Under the pieces are notes generated by a model. That model saw only the letters and a list, made by a program, of their open reading frames with translations, had not been told where the DNA came from and did not search any database. Positions 12,970-27,285 of a stretch of DNA of 64,000 nucleotides are shown here, one piece after another. Numbering within the stretch: position 1 is the stretch's first letter; each line of letters opens with the position of its first letter. Source of the stretch: Eledone cirrhosa (Eukaryota); assembly GCA_964016885.1 (NCBI GenBank), contig OZ024743.1:184078001-184142000 (forward strand), in the 5' to 3' direction. Both the position numbers and the translations under genes were made by a program.

Positions 12970-13372
12970 GATTATTTCTTTCGATATTCATTATAAAATA
13001 AGATAAATTGAATTTAAATGAATTCCTTGCTATTTTTGGAAAATTGAAAATATTGTCCATGTGCGATTTACGCCAAACTTGTTTTATTCAGAGTATTTTC
13101 TCATTATGCAATGTTTTGGCTATTTACGAAGTTTTGCGAGTTATGTTAATTTCGAGGTATTTTCCCAGTATGCACCGTTGTGGCTATTTACGAAGGTACC
13201 CCCAAAACCCGCGAATCTCGGGAACCCGGGGTCAGATTTTTGCGAAACTTGTTTTATTCAATTTGTATTCCCGTTTCAGAGTATTTACCCATTATGCGCC
13301 ATTTTGGCTGTATTACATAACAGACAAGCAAGCAAGCACGCAAGATCAGAGTTTTAGTAGTATATAGATAGA

Positions 13373-16300
13373 TATGTTTCTTTTATTTGCCACCAGGGCA
13401 TCAAAAGTGGGATAAGTACAATGGGGGGATTTTACAAAACAAGGCGTCCTCAATAAGGAGGAGGCAATAACAAAAAATAAAAATAAAATCAAATATAACA
13501 AAAAATAAAATTTATAACAAAATCCTCAATAGAGAGGAGGCGCCTTGGGGGGGTCGCACACACCCCAGAAAAAAGTGTGCAACCCTTCTCCTCAGGAGCA
13601 CAGAGAGGGGGTGCTCCCTCGTTCCTTCCTCTTTTCCACCTACAGGCTTATGTAAAGAGAAGGCCCATTCAGACGGGCCATTCTCGCCACTTTCACCCAC
13701 CTTTCATAAAAACGACTGGGTGGAGCACCTCTCTCTCTTCATCCTGATCCTTCTTCCGAAATGATATCGGAAGAAACGGACCAGTTGTTGGCCAGAGAGA
13801 AAGGTGCCTGACCTCAGTCCTTTCAGACGCGTCCACCATAGAACTTCTTTCACCATGGCTATTACGCACAGAAACACCGCCTCTCCTTCATCTTTGAAGG
13901 GGGGGGGGCGGCTTGATCATTGCAATAGACTCGGTGGTCAACCGGATCGGTCCCACCCTTGACAGCAGTTATTCGACATAGCCCCACAGATCGGCTACGC
14001 CCGAGCAGTGTACCAATGCGTGTGCAACGGTTTCCTCGTCGCACACGCATCTGGGACAGATCTTTTTGGCGGGGTCCCTACCCGGGCGCCCGTGTCTGTA
14101 GAGCTTTTCTCGAACGGGTAGAGCCCCTCGGTAGCACTGCCAGGCCAGGGACTTCTGGAAGTTGTCCATAGGTCCCGGGCTGAATGTCCTCCCGAACAGG
14201 CTGGCCAGTTCGTCCTCCTCCATGTCTAGGGCTTCTCCGAGGGCGTCGTCGCACCTGCTGCGTACCAGCCCTCTATAGAATGTTGCGGTGGAATCTCCAC
14301 TGATAACCGGATCCGCCTGCCAGAGGGCGGTGAGCGCCTGGGCACACTCGGTGTGCCAGGCGCCCAGTTTTCTCGGTCTTTGCTTGACCCAGGATTGCAG
14401 CTCGGTGAGTGAGACAAGTCTGGGAAAGGTTCGTCTCACAAACGAGGCCCACACCGGTTGACCGGTGACGAATACGTGGAGGTGCCGTAGCCTTAATGCG
14501 TGTTTACGCATCATTAGCCACGGCATCCCCAGCCCTCCTTTCGAAGGGTGTTGACAGCAGATGGATCTCCTCACCAAGGGAGCCCGCCTTTTCCAAAGGA
14601 ATTGGAAGAGCGCGCGCTCCATCTTGGCGAGGGTTTCCCTTGGGCAAGGCACTACGGTCAGGCGGTAGTAGATGACGGACGCTATATAGGTGTTCGCCAC
14701 CTCCGCCCGACCTTTCAGGGATAGTTTGCAACTGGCCCACTTCTGGGTCAGTGCAAACACCCTGTTCGTAACCTCCGCCCAGTTCTTCTCCACCTGGAGG
14801 TCTGGTCCGAACCAGACCCCGAGCAACTTCACCGGGCTCTCCGTCCAGCGTCCGACGACGCCATCGGAGGGCATCGGTCTGCCCCTCCACGTGCCGAGTT
14901 GCAAACCGATCGACTTGTCCCGGTTCAGCTTAGCCCCTGTGAACCTTTCGTACTCCTCCAGTAAGGTGCCGACCGCCCCGATTTCGGAGGCCGTCGACAC
15001 CATTACTGTCACGTCATCGGCGTAGGCCGACACCGCTTTCCGCAATCCCGGTTCCAAAGGGATGCGCTGCAACAACTCCAACTTCCGCAGTAGTGGCTCG
15101 AGAGTCAACACATACAGAAGGGAGGAGAGAGGGCACCCTTGTCGGATGGACCGCGCGATTTTGAACGGCTCCGAGAGGTAGCCGTTCACCTTGACCCTAG
15201 AGCAGATGCGGCTGCTGTGCATAGCAGTGATCCAGCCCCTGAAAACGGGTCCGAAGCCTGCCGCCGCTAGCACCGCATCCAGGTAACCATGGTCGACCCT
15301 ATCGAACGCCTTAGATTGATCCAAGTTGATCAGAGCCCCACCAAAGCCGGGTTCGTTCCCAACCCTCTCTATTATGTATCGCATGAGGTGGAGGTTGTCA
15401 TGGATGGACCTGGATGGGATAGCACATGTCTGCGCATCTCCCACCAGGTTGCCCACGACAAGCGCCAACCTCTTTGCTAGCACCTTGGCCAAAATCTGTA
15501 ACTCTGTATTTAGCAGAGTTATGGGCCTGAAGTTACTTATTTCGTCCCCCTTGTTCTCGTCCTTCCTCACTAGCGTGACTACGCCCTTGGTCACAGTACA
15601 GGGAATTCTCCCGTTCTGTTGCCAGTTGCAGTAGACCGCCTCGAGGAGATCGGGGAACAAGTCCGGCATAGCTAGATATAATTCGTATGGAAGACCATCG
15701 AGACCCGGGGATTTGCGTTTGCCGCATTGGCTCAGCACGTCCTCTATCTCAGCCGCCGAAATCGGCTCCTCGCAGGACTTCGCCTCCCTGTCCGAGAGAC
15801 GCTCCCCGCCCCTTCCGAAAAGTGCCTTTGAAAGGCCTCACACATCTGCTTAGGCTCAAGAATCGCCCGTCCATCCTAGTCTCGCAAAGACCGGATGGTG
15901 GATTTAGTTCCACTGTTGGCCTCTGTCACGCGGGCCCAGCTAACAGCTTTGGTCCCCTCGTTCCCTAGAGCACGTATTTTACTTCGGACAACGCAGCCTT
16001 CGTGCTTCGCGTCGAAAAACTGGCTCAAAGCCGTTCTCGACACTAGCACTCTGGCCACATCGCCGCTTCTAATTGCCTCTTCTACTCTATCTATTAGCTC
16101 CCTTTCCTTCTTATTCCTATCCGCAGCTAGAACGTTACTAAATTCTATCGAGACTACTCTAATCTCTCTCTTTAGAGATACCCACCACCTGCTGTTGACG
16201 ATCGCTCCAGTGAACCGCTCCTTAACCGCTCCTTAACTAACGTACTAATCCGATCCCTGTAAGCTCTACTTGCCGGCAAGGACAAGTTGAGCTTCCAGTA

Positions 16301-18042
16301 ACCGGGGCCCTGTCTATGCGTTCTATCAAGGTTGACCATGCAGGTCACCAACTTGTGATCTGAATAGCCAACCATGAGCATTTCTGGACAACTTAAAAAG
16401 TCCCTGTCCTTATTTCTAACTAAAAACCTATCTAGGTACGACCTAGATGATCCGCTGCGATTTGACCAAGACCAGGTTGGCACCGTTGGAAAATCTAGTC
16501 GAAATCTATCGGCCAGGTCAAATCGGCCGAGTAACCCCTTAAGGCTGTTGCACCCCTCTCTATCGGGACATACCCCTGCATAGTCCCAACGTGCACCCAG
16601 AATACCATTCCAGTCCCCCACTAAAAGACTCCAGACGCTGGAAAAAGTCGGGCCGCTCTGTCCCAAAAGGAGCATATGCGGCTACCAGCCTAAATTGTTG
16701 TTGGTTTTTGTTGTTGTTGTGGTTGTTTTTGTTGTTGTTGTTGTTGTTGGGGTGGTGTTGGTAGCAGTGTTTTTTTTCTGTGTGAGCTGGGGACAGGCAG
16801 CCCTCAGGTGACCTCTATTGCCACAGAGGTAACAGGAGGGACGCCTACCCTCCACAATAATGTTGAGGTGGGTACGGTCATCCAGCATGACGCGCTCAGG
16901 GATTTGGGCGATACGTTTTGGCCTTATTTGGGTCAGAACTTCGATACTCGTTCCACTGAACGCGTCGCCGGATGCCTTCCCTATTGAAATGAGGTTGTCC
17001 TCGTCTAAATTGAGGAAACCGGTTAGTAACCACCAGTAGTTTATGTTTGGGGTGATGGTGGTTATCCATATTCTCTGGGGTTTTTTACCCATGTAGGTGG
17101 GGAAGAAGGTGTAGTGTGTGGAACGAATTGGCGACACAGAGTATTTTTTCGCCGCCAATTCGTCTTTCATCAATATGGATAAACTCCCATAGAGTTTATC
17201 CTTTTGTATGAAAGTGATGTCTTTCATCGCTTCTTTCAGTACTAACTGAATTTCAGCTTGAGATGGTTGTGCTGGTTTTTTTGTTTTATTTAAAATTGTA
17301 CGGAATACGACAGTTCGTAATTCCGTCTGTTTTTTTAGTTCTGGAGGTGAATTTATAGAAAACGAACCGTTTTCGCCAAAAGATACATATTTTTTGGCTT
17401 TTTCCAGCATTTCTTTGGCTTTTGAAATATCTTCAAGCACATAAGTGACTGATAATTTAGCCGTTTGTGCAAAAGATATTTTGTTTTCGTTGTTGATGTT
17501 TGTATTGTTTTGTTTCTCGTCGTTTGAGTTGTTTTCATCTTTGTTGTTGTTGTCTTTCTCGTTTGGTGTGTGGATACTTGTGACGTTTGTGTTGTTGTTG
17601 TTTTTGTTGTCTTTATTGTTGCTGTTGTTGTCGTTGTTGTTGTTGTTTTCAGTTTCTTGTATAATTGTGGCAACATCAAGTTGTCAGTCAACAGGTGAAG
17701 AAAATTCTTCCTCTGGCTGACCTCTGCCTTTGGCATCTGCTGCTGTGACAGTGGCAGGGGGAAGCTGTGAGTATGACTTCCCTTTTCCTCCTTTGACTGT
17801 TGGTGAAGATGCTTCAGCCATTTTTATCAAAATAGGATTTTTCGAAATTTTTCGAAAGATAAAATGTTTACAACACTATTTCGCCTAAAGGCGTAGAATA
17901 TTTTGAGAGGCTGACCAGATCAAAATTTGACCTGGCAGTCCCTCTACAAAATGGTACGAAAATGAAAGTTTACAGTTCACAATTTCCAGATAAATTTAAA
18001 CGAAACTTACCGAGCGAGCTCAGCACATGTGTTCATCCCAGA
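13373..18042 (-). mobile_element. Tx1/L1-clade LINE, near full length but defective
   Basis: ORF1 ATG at 17821, zinc knuckle CYLCGNRGHLRAAC; APE remnants (LVGDWNG, SYLDRF, SDH); 589-aa RT segment with KAFDRVDH, RQGCPLS, YADD; C-terminal CPRC...H...C; AATAAA near the 3' end; flanked by (TAGA)-type repeats. Confidence 0.94.
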
Positions 18043-18072
18043 GAGATAGATAGATAGATAGATAGATATAAC

Positions 18073-18121
<49 letters not shown>

Positions 18122-18404
18122 AATTTTAGTACAGCATTAACTAAGCTTTAGTTTGCGGCCAAGCTTACGAATGCAAATTCGGTATGTAGTTTCAGCACTC
18201 GAATTGGAATAGTACCCCCAGAGTAATAACAATACGTTTAGACAGCTTTGCAAATCAAATATAGCGATCGGTAGTCCATCCGCATTGCCATAGCAACGAA
18301 AATGGATGGACTCAGGAAAAGATTTTAGACTGTATATATATAACAACTATATATATAACAACTATATATATAACAACTATATATATATATGTATATATAT
18401 AAAA

Positions 18405-19430
18405 GAGGCGTGTCAGAAAAGAAACAGGACTGGGGTCGTAATACATATTTCAAATCCAAACAATAAATTACCAATTTTCTTCTTCGGGTCTAACGTACTT
18501 TCCCATCCTTCTCCGCTACGCCTCCATGCGCTCCTGGAAGGATTCTCCACAGCTCCATCATCATGGTCTTCTTGATGGCTTCCACGTCCAGAGAACAGGT
18601 CCCCTTTATAACCTTCTTGTGCTTGGAGGAAAGGAAAACAAATCAAACGGAGTCAGGTCGGGTGAGTAGCGAGGTTGCTCCAGCATGGCAATGATGTTCT
18701 CAGCCAGGAACTGCTGGCTGCTCAGGGCGTTGTGAGCTGGTGTGTTGTGGTGAAGCAGCAACGAGTTGTCCTACCATAACTATTGCCCCCTCTCCTCTCG
18801 CGTACTGAATGAAGCAAATGCCACAGGATCTCTTTGTAGGCATGCTGGTTGATCATCAGGCCCTGTGGCAGGAACTCTGTGGACGATGCCCCTCACATTA
18901 AAGAACGCGATCAACATGAGTTGACTTTCAACTTAGACAATTTGCTTTCATCAGCCACGGTGACTCCTGACTCGTCCACTGAAGGTTCTGGCGCTGGGTC
19001 ATACTCAAAGATCCATGACTAATCTTCATCACCCGTAATGATTCTCCCAAGCATTTCTGGTCTGGTTTCAAAACACTCGAGAGTGCCCTGACACACCTGC
19101 ATAAGACGCTCCTTCTGATCATCTTTCATCAGTTTCGGCACCATCTTCGTGCAGATGTTCGCATGCCCAAGCAGTATTCCAAGTGCTTCTGATGGGGTTT
19201 TCCCCAGCCGGACCAGAAACTTCAGGCTGTTTCATTGTTCTGTGCCCATCGCTCGACGGCCTAAAATTGAGGAGGTGTTCACAAAAGCACGTGAAATAAC
19301 AGAGAATGGTTGCAGAGAGCTGAGATCGCAATTTTATACTACCCGGATAGCACATTCACACGGAGACACAATCCACTAATCCCTGATTGCATAGCTTACA
19401 CAGCACACTAAGCCCTGTTATTTTCTCTCT
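18405..19430 (-). mobile_element. Mariner transposon relic
   Basis: Degenerate transposase motifs IITGDE, WIFEYDP, LLHHNTPAH, YSPDLTP; partial terminal inverted repeats near 18410 and 19411-19430. Confidence 0.8.
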
Positions 19431-19456
19431 CTGTCTGTCTGTCTATGTCTGTATGT

Positions 19457-20110
<654 letters not shown>

Positions 20111-20271
20111 GTATGGGTTATATCGAACATTAATAATAATATTCGATTCGTTTTAAACAAATGGCCCGATAAAGCTGTGCTATGCCGATGACCAATCGTC
20201 ATCCGTTTGTTTAACACTAGCATCGAGGAACAATCAACATGTTCCTGGGCCATTACCCTTCATCAGGACTG

Positions 20272-21480
20272 TAAGGTACGTGTCCCATTGGAAAGGCTTA
20301 ATAAGTTCATAGTGCCAAGAGTCGTATGAGAGTCACAATGTGGTTTTCGTGTGAAAATAGGTGCTAGTGTTATGACTTTCACAATCAGACAACTGCAGGA
20401 AAAATACCTTGATCAGAACCTCACTCTCTACCATTGTTTTGTTGATCTCAGAAAGGCATTCGATACTGTTAATCGGAATACTTTATGGTTAGCGCTGTCT
20501 AAATTTGAAATGGCGTGAAATCTTGATGCGCCTACTCTCTTTGCGATATAATGTGCTGCCATGCTCTCTTACGCTTTTCAGAACAACAATGAAGGGATGT
20601 ATGTAAGATATCATTCAACAGAAAATGTCTTCAATTTAGCACAAATGAAATTTAAGATTAAAGTGTTCACCTCTCTAATAAGAGATTTTCTGTATGCCGA
20701 TGACTGTGACCTTGTCAGTCATACTGAACATGGTTTGCAACTGTTCATCTCTGCATTTGATTTGGCATGTGATATCTTTGGTTTGACCATAAACTTAAAG
20801 AAATGGTAGTTTAATATTAACCTGACCCTGTTCAAGTTGACATTAAACTACCGCTTTCTTTAAGTGTGACCCTGGTCAAGTTGAGCACCAACCAAAAATA
20901 TATGAGGGGTAAACTTCTTAAGGTTATTGAATCCTTCATGTATCTTGGAAGTACAGTGAATAAAGATGAAGCATTGGATCCAGAAATATCTCTAAGGATT
21001 CAAAAGGCAGCAAAATCTTTTGGTAATTTACAGTCCACAAAGACAAATCAAGATTCAAACAAAATTTTCTGTTTATAGTGCTTTTGTGTTATCCTCCTTT
21101 CTGTACTCGTCTGAAACTTGGCTGTGTTACAAATATCACATCACACTCCTGGAACGAATCCATCAAAAATAGTTACACTATATTCTGAAAATACATATTT
21201 GTATTTGGTTTTTGTTCCATTCAGGCAATAATTTTGAAACAAAAACTGTGACGGTCTAAATATAGTCTGCATGGCTGACGAATGTATTCCCAAGCAACTA
21301 TTTTATGGGGAACTTTCTCAGGAAAAAAGGAAACAGAGCAAGCCAAAGAAGAGGTTCAAGGATGCATTGAAGGAGAACTTGAAGAATGTAGGAATATACA
21401 GATCTAAAGGAAGTCTGAGACATTTCAAGGTTCATCGAGATCAGACAAGTCAGGCAGTTGGTGCTGCACCGAAATGAAGG
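20272..21480 (+). mobile_element. RTE-clade LINE relic
   Basis: ESQCGFR, QLQEK, FVDLRKAFDTVNR, FLYADDC, YLGS, IPKQLFYGEL in broken frames. Confidence 0.82.
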
Positions 21481-21600
21481 TGAAATTTATGTGGGTATTT
21501 TAAAATTATGTCTGGTCTAAAAACCCATATAGGTTCTCATGCCAGAACTGAGTCCCATGTATATTAAGGTGGTCAAGCTTTGTATTGAGCAGACAACCAT

Positions 21601-21632
<32 letters not shown>

Positions 21633-21633
21633 G

Positions 21634-21680
<47 letters not shown>

Positions 21681-21740
21681 CATAATGGCGATGAATTAGT
21701 TTTGCGCAATTTTTTATATGGAATCGTGTGACGAAGCAAA

Positions 21741-24700
21741 TATTGTTATACTTGGGAGGGTCATATTTGTGTAATAATATTGCCAGAATTAATAACAGAA
21801 CACACTCACTGTTTGGTTGGTTTTCGCTTCTGTATCTTTTATATCAGTTAATTTAATTTATTCGGTCCTCAATGTTACCATTGACTGACCAACGGTCAAA
21901 AATACAGATATAATATAGACACAAACACATATATATAGTCTAACAAAGTTCTTTCGTTGCACATCTGCAACATCGTCAGTGGTGCTATTATGTTTCCTCC
22001 TGTTGTATTGTATGTCTACGCCATCTTTATTTAATCCGTTTATTTATTTATTTATTTTGTCTTCTTCTCTGCGCATGCGTTTGCGTATGTGTATAGTGTT
22101 TGAGGTGTGTTTGGGTTGTAGCAAGAGTTTCCTCCCTTGTTGTGACGATCACATCACCAGTAGCGCTCTCTAGACAGGAAGTAGCTGGAGTTACTTCCCG
22201 TTGAGGTGGCAGAACCTTCTTTGTCACTTCCGTCCTGGGACCCTATAAAGGAGATAGCTGAAAGCTATCTCCCACTCTTTTAACCTGCCTGGCCCTTCGG
22301 CCAGGCGCGTTCGCCAAGGCTATACTCTCTGGCAACCTGAATATGGTAATGTAAAAACCTCTTGGTCTAATGCGCGCTGACTTCAAAAAGGGTAAACAAA
22401 TAACTTTAATTCATTCTTTCATCTGTCTTGGCATGTCAACTATTCTGCTCTACATAACTCAACCTTGTTAAATAAATATTGTACATACAACCAGTGTCCT
22501 GTTATATTCATACAACCCAGTGTAACCTGTTATAATTGGTGACCCCGAGAAAAAAATAATAGGATCTGGTTTTGTGTGAATATGAAAAAAAGAAAATTAA
22601 TTAGCAGTATTTCAAAAAGAAAAAATTCCTCTAACACCATTCCACATGGATTTTTTCTACAACATTTTTCTACAAAATTCCACATTTATTTTGTCTACAA
22701 CGAAAAATATAAGTAATCTTTTCCTCAGCAGCAAACAAACAAACAAAATTTTGCTTTTCACCTCACGTGTTTACATCGTTTAAATGTGCATCATATCACG
22801 TTCACACACAAATTTTTCAAAATGGCTGCCAACGACCTGTTGCACTATCATTTTCGCGCCATTTTCTTGCGCAATAGAATTATTTTTTTTCAACTTGACT
22901 TTAACCTTGTTTCGGCACGTGTGGGAACACACATTTCGACTCACTGAGATAACACACGCCATAGATAATGTTTCTTGCCAAGGATTCTCCAGCCTTAAGC
23001 TATATTCTCCTATTTTGCCGGTTTAAAAATTTACCACGTAAATTTGCCGTTGAAAACTGCATTTATTCAGAATGCTTACTTCTTTGGTCGCTGGCCTCTT
23101 GACCCTTCCAGGTCAACGCATTCTCAACATCGACCATCAACTTTGGCTGTTATTTATAGCACTTTGCGCAACTCCATTTTTTCTGGGAAACTCTTTACTG
23201 TGAACGGAAACAACATCGAATAGGCTCACTCCGCGAGACAACAACAACACAGCTTCATCTTTGCTTTATCAACAACCTAAACCAGCAGAACAAGACAGAG
23301 AATTTATTTTTGCAGCACTCTTCCTGTGAGAAAATCCCTTCGGAGGTTGGGAATTTCACGTTGTACCACAGTCCAGAAACCACCTGCATAAATTCTCTGG
23401 AACACACTTTCTTTCCTGCTGTCACCTGTGAACTGTATTTTGAACATTTGAACCTTTTTTTTAATAACTATGTTCGAGCACGTTTCTTTGCTCCTTTGAC
23501 CTCTTCTTCTATTAATTACATTGTATCTTTGTGTGATGGGTAGATAGATGTCCAGTCGTTCTCTGGCCAAGAATGGTTGGCTACCTTGATATCTATCATT
23601 GATTTTTGCATGCTTATATTTTGCTATTTTGCTTTTATTGCAAACATTATTCTTTTGTAATTTTCATGCCTGGACTTTGGGGTTACATGCACGCCATCTT
23701 ACTTCATACATGGTTGATTCGATTTTTATGTTTTAAAAATCTGGCGGGAGATAATGTAGCAAGAGTTGCCTCCCTTGTTGTGACGATCACATCACAAGTA
23801 GCGCTCTCTAGACAGGAAGTAGCTGGAGTTACTTCCCGTTGAGGTGGCAGAACCTTCTTTGTCACTTCCGTCCTGGGACCCTATAAAGGAGATAGCTGAA
23901 AGCTATCTCCCACTCTTTTAACCTGCCTGGCCCTTCGGCCAGGCGCGTTCGCCGAGGCTATACTCTCTGGCAACCTGAATATGGTAATGTAAAAACCTCT
24001 TGGTCTAATGCGCGCTGACTTCAAAAAGGGTAAACAAATAACTTTAATTCATTCTTTCATCTCTCTTGGCATGTCAACTATTCTGCTCTACATAACTCAA
24101 CCTTGTTAAATAAATATTGTACATACAACCGAGTGTCCTGTTATATTCATACAAACCAGTGTAACCTGTTATAGGGTGACTGTGTTTTGGTTAGTGTAGT
24201 ATATCTTAGTTTACTAGTGTGTGTTTATATGTGTTTGTTGTTATTGTGCTTGTGTATGTATTTATTTATTTATACTTCTCTTAGGTCAGTGTTGTTTGTT
24301 TGGGTGTTGTTGTTATTCCATTCAGTTTTTCTGTTTAGCCTTGGCCTTCTAAGTTCTATTTCGTTGGCCTCTCTGATTTGCCTATCTGCTGGGTCATTTC
24401 TATGTTTAGGTATTATTTTAATTTCTATGTTGTCTATGTTACCGTTGTGTTGTCTGGCATGTTCGTATAGTACTGAACCGTTTTTTCGTCCTTTTAGTTC
24501 CCCCCAGTGTTGGTCTATCCTTTCACCTATGCTACGAGCTGTCTCGCCTATGTATGTTGTTGTCATGTTTCTGCAAGTACCCTCTGTACATCTTATGCTA
24601 TAGACTACGTTTCTAGTTTTACAGTTTATCCGGGGGTTTACTTTACATATAATACATTTCCTATTAGTACAGTGGGTTTTCTTAAAAGGGTAGGTTTTGC

Positions 24701-25200
24701 TGATCAGGGATTTTATGGTAGTTCCTGGCTTTTCTACCACCTTAATCTTTAAGTGGGTCTTTCTCGGGGCCTTTCTACACTGGTTAGCTAATTTCCCTCC
24801 AGGGGTAGCGTCCACGAACATGACACTCTGGTATCTCTGGTTGTCGTACCATGAGGTGGCTTTCCATATCTTATGTCTAGTCCTATCTAAGCTATTCCAT
24901 GATTTGCTCCTGTATAATGGGCAAATTCCTTTCATGTCCAGTTCTATGAGGGTCTTATAATTCTCTGTGGTTCCTTCGTATACTCTGACTCTGTCTCTTT
25001 GGTTGTAGCCAGAGAGCTGCACGCGGTTGATAAAGTGTTGGATGTGTCTTTCCATTTCTGTTGGGTCTCACATGTGGGACACGTTCTTCATCACTCGTAC
25101 CAAGTCTGCGATCAGAATATTAAACTTAGCACTACTGGACATTGCTGAGTTTTTGAGTATCAGGTATTTGGAGGCCATGGTTTTAGCGTAGTGTGAGTGG
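21741..25200 (-). mobile_element. Penelope-like element, inverted arm (interrupted by LTR element copy 2)
   Basis: ORF 24270..25055 with CTNRKCIIC and GIY-YIG motif NVVYSIRC...TYIGET...ERIDQH; near-identical reverse complement of 25268-26648 once 22117-24173 is removed. Confidence 0.9.
22117..24173 (+). mobile_element. Non-autonomous LTR retroelement, copy 2 (young)
   Basis: Nearly identical ~418-bp LTRs 22117-22534 and 23755-24173; 4-bp TSD gggt; PBS tggtgaccccga 22537-22548; purine tract ggcgggaga; internal region homologous to copy 1. Confidence 0.93.
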
Positions 25201-26648
25201 ACAATAGACTACCTGTATTAGACACAGAACTCTGGATTAACACTATAGACGAGAGAGCCCAAATTCTCCACTCACACTACGCTAAAACCATGGCCTCCAA
25301 ATACCTGATACTCAAAAACTCAGCAATGTCCAGTAGTGCTAAGTTTAATATTCTGATCGCAGAGAGTCATGAAGAACGTGTCCCGCATGTGAGACCCAAC
25401 AGAAATGGAAAGACACATCCAACACTTTATCAACCGCGTGCAGCTCTCTGGCTACAACCAAAGAGACAGAGTCAGAGTATACGAAGGAGCCACAGAGAAG
25501 TATAAGACCCTCATAGAACTGGACATGAAAGGAATTTGCCCATTATACAGGAGCAAATCATGGAATAGCTTAGTTGGAACTAAACATAAGATAGGGAAAG
25601 CCACCTCATGGTACGACAACCAGAGATACCAGAGTGTCATGTTCATGGATGCTACCCCTGGAGAAAAATTAGCTAACCAATGTAGAAAGACCCACTTAAA
25701 GATTAAAGTGGTAGAAAAGCCAGGAACTACCATAAAATCCCTGATCAGCAAAACCTACCCTTTTAAGAAAACCCACTGTACTAATAGGAAATGTATTATA
25801 TGTAAAGTAAAATCCCGGATAAACTGTAAAACTAGAAACGTAGTCTATAGCATAAGATGTACAGAGGGTACTTGCAGAAACATGACAACAACATACATAG
25901 GCGAGACAACTCGTAGCATAGGTGAAAGGATAGACCAACACTGGGGGGAACTAAAAGGACAAAAAAACGGTTCAGTACTATACGAACACGCCAGACAACA
26001 CGACGGTAACATAGACAACATAGAAATTAAAATAATACCTAAACATAGAAATGACCCAGCAGATAGGCAAATCAGAGAGGCCAGCGAAATAGAACTTAGA
26101 CGGCCAAAGCTAAACAGAAAAAATTAATTGAATAACAACAACACCCAAACAAACAATACTGACCTAAGAGAAGTATAAATAAATAAATAAATACATTCAC
26201 AAGCACAATAACAACAAACACATATAAACACACACTAATAAACTAAGATAGAATACAATAACCAAATCACAGTCACCCAAACACACCTCAAACACTATAC
26301 ACACACGCAAACGCATGCGCAGAGAAGACAAAAATAAATAAATAAATAAACGGATTAAATAAAATTAGCGTAGACATACAATACAACAGGAGGAAACATA
26401 ATAGCACCACTGACGATGTTGTAGATGTGCAACGAAAGAACTTTGTTAGACTATATATATATGTGTTTGTGTCTATATTATATCTGTATTTTTGACCATT
26501 GGTCAGTCAATGGTAACATTGAGGACCGAATAAATTAAATTAACTGATATAAAAGACACAGAAGCGAAAACCAACCAAACAGTGAGTGTGTTCTGTTATT
26601 AATTCTGGCAATATTATTACACAAATATGACCCTCCCCAAGTATAACA
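25197..26648 (+). mobile_element. Penelope-like element, 5'-truncated forward arm (end of RT, GIY-YIG endonuclease, 3' pLTR)
   Basis: RLPVLD (RT motif 7-like) then GIY-YIG ORF 25405..26127; 3' end abuts (TA)n. Confidence 0.9.
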
Positions 26649-26791
26649 ATATATATATACATATATATACATATTAATATACACACATATATATATATAC
26701 ATATATACACACACATACACATATGCATATACACATATATATATATACATATATACACACACATACACATATATATATATATATACAAATA

Positions 26792-26861
<70 letters not shown>

Positions 26862-27285
26862 GGGCGGTGGAAGCGTTTCTGAATTATGGGGCCAAATTTA
26901 GTCAATTTAGTTGTAGTGATTCATTTAGCTCTTTGCACTCTCAATGCAATTTAAGTCCAAGCAGGTCATATTACATTTACAACTTTCAATAAGTATAACG
27001 TGATGATAGCAAAATGACCTATGAATTCTGTCTCTGAATACGAATACTAGCAATTGGCAAATAGTGATATGAGGAGAAAAGGTTATGACATGATAAAAAA
27101 AGATATAACAAACTCCGATAAGCGCTAAAAATAGCTTGTACATAAATTGTAGCACGTATACAAATAGATGTGTGATTTGGTAGTTTGGGGAGAAAATATA
27201 ATTATAAAAGTGGCCATGCCCCCCCCCCCCCCAGTTACACCGCTCTCCATATACACATATATATATAAACATATATATATATATA

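Larger units (their letters stand above)
6089..13368 (-). mobile_element. Helitron, formerly autonomous and now defective, with a nested LTR element
   Basis: 5' end A|TCTATATACTACTAAAA at 13368 (13372 also possible); 3' hairpin acccaacgggt (6103-6113) 10 nt before CTAG|T at 6089; related subterminal blocks at ~6520-6625 and ~13160-13260; RepHel coding remnants inside. Confidence 0.88.
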
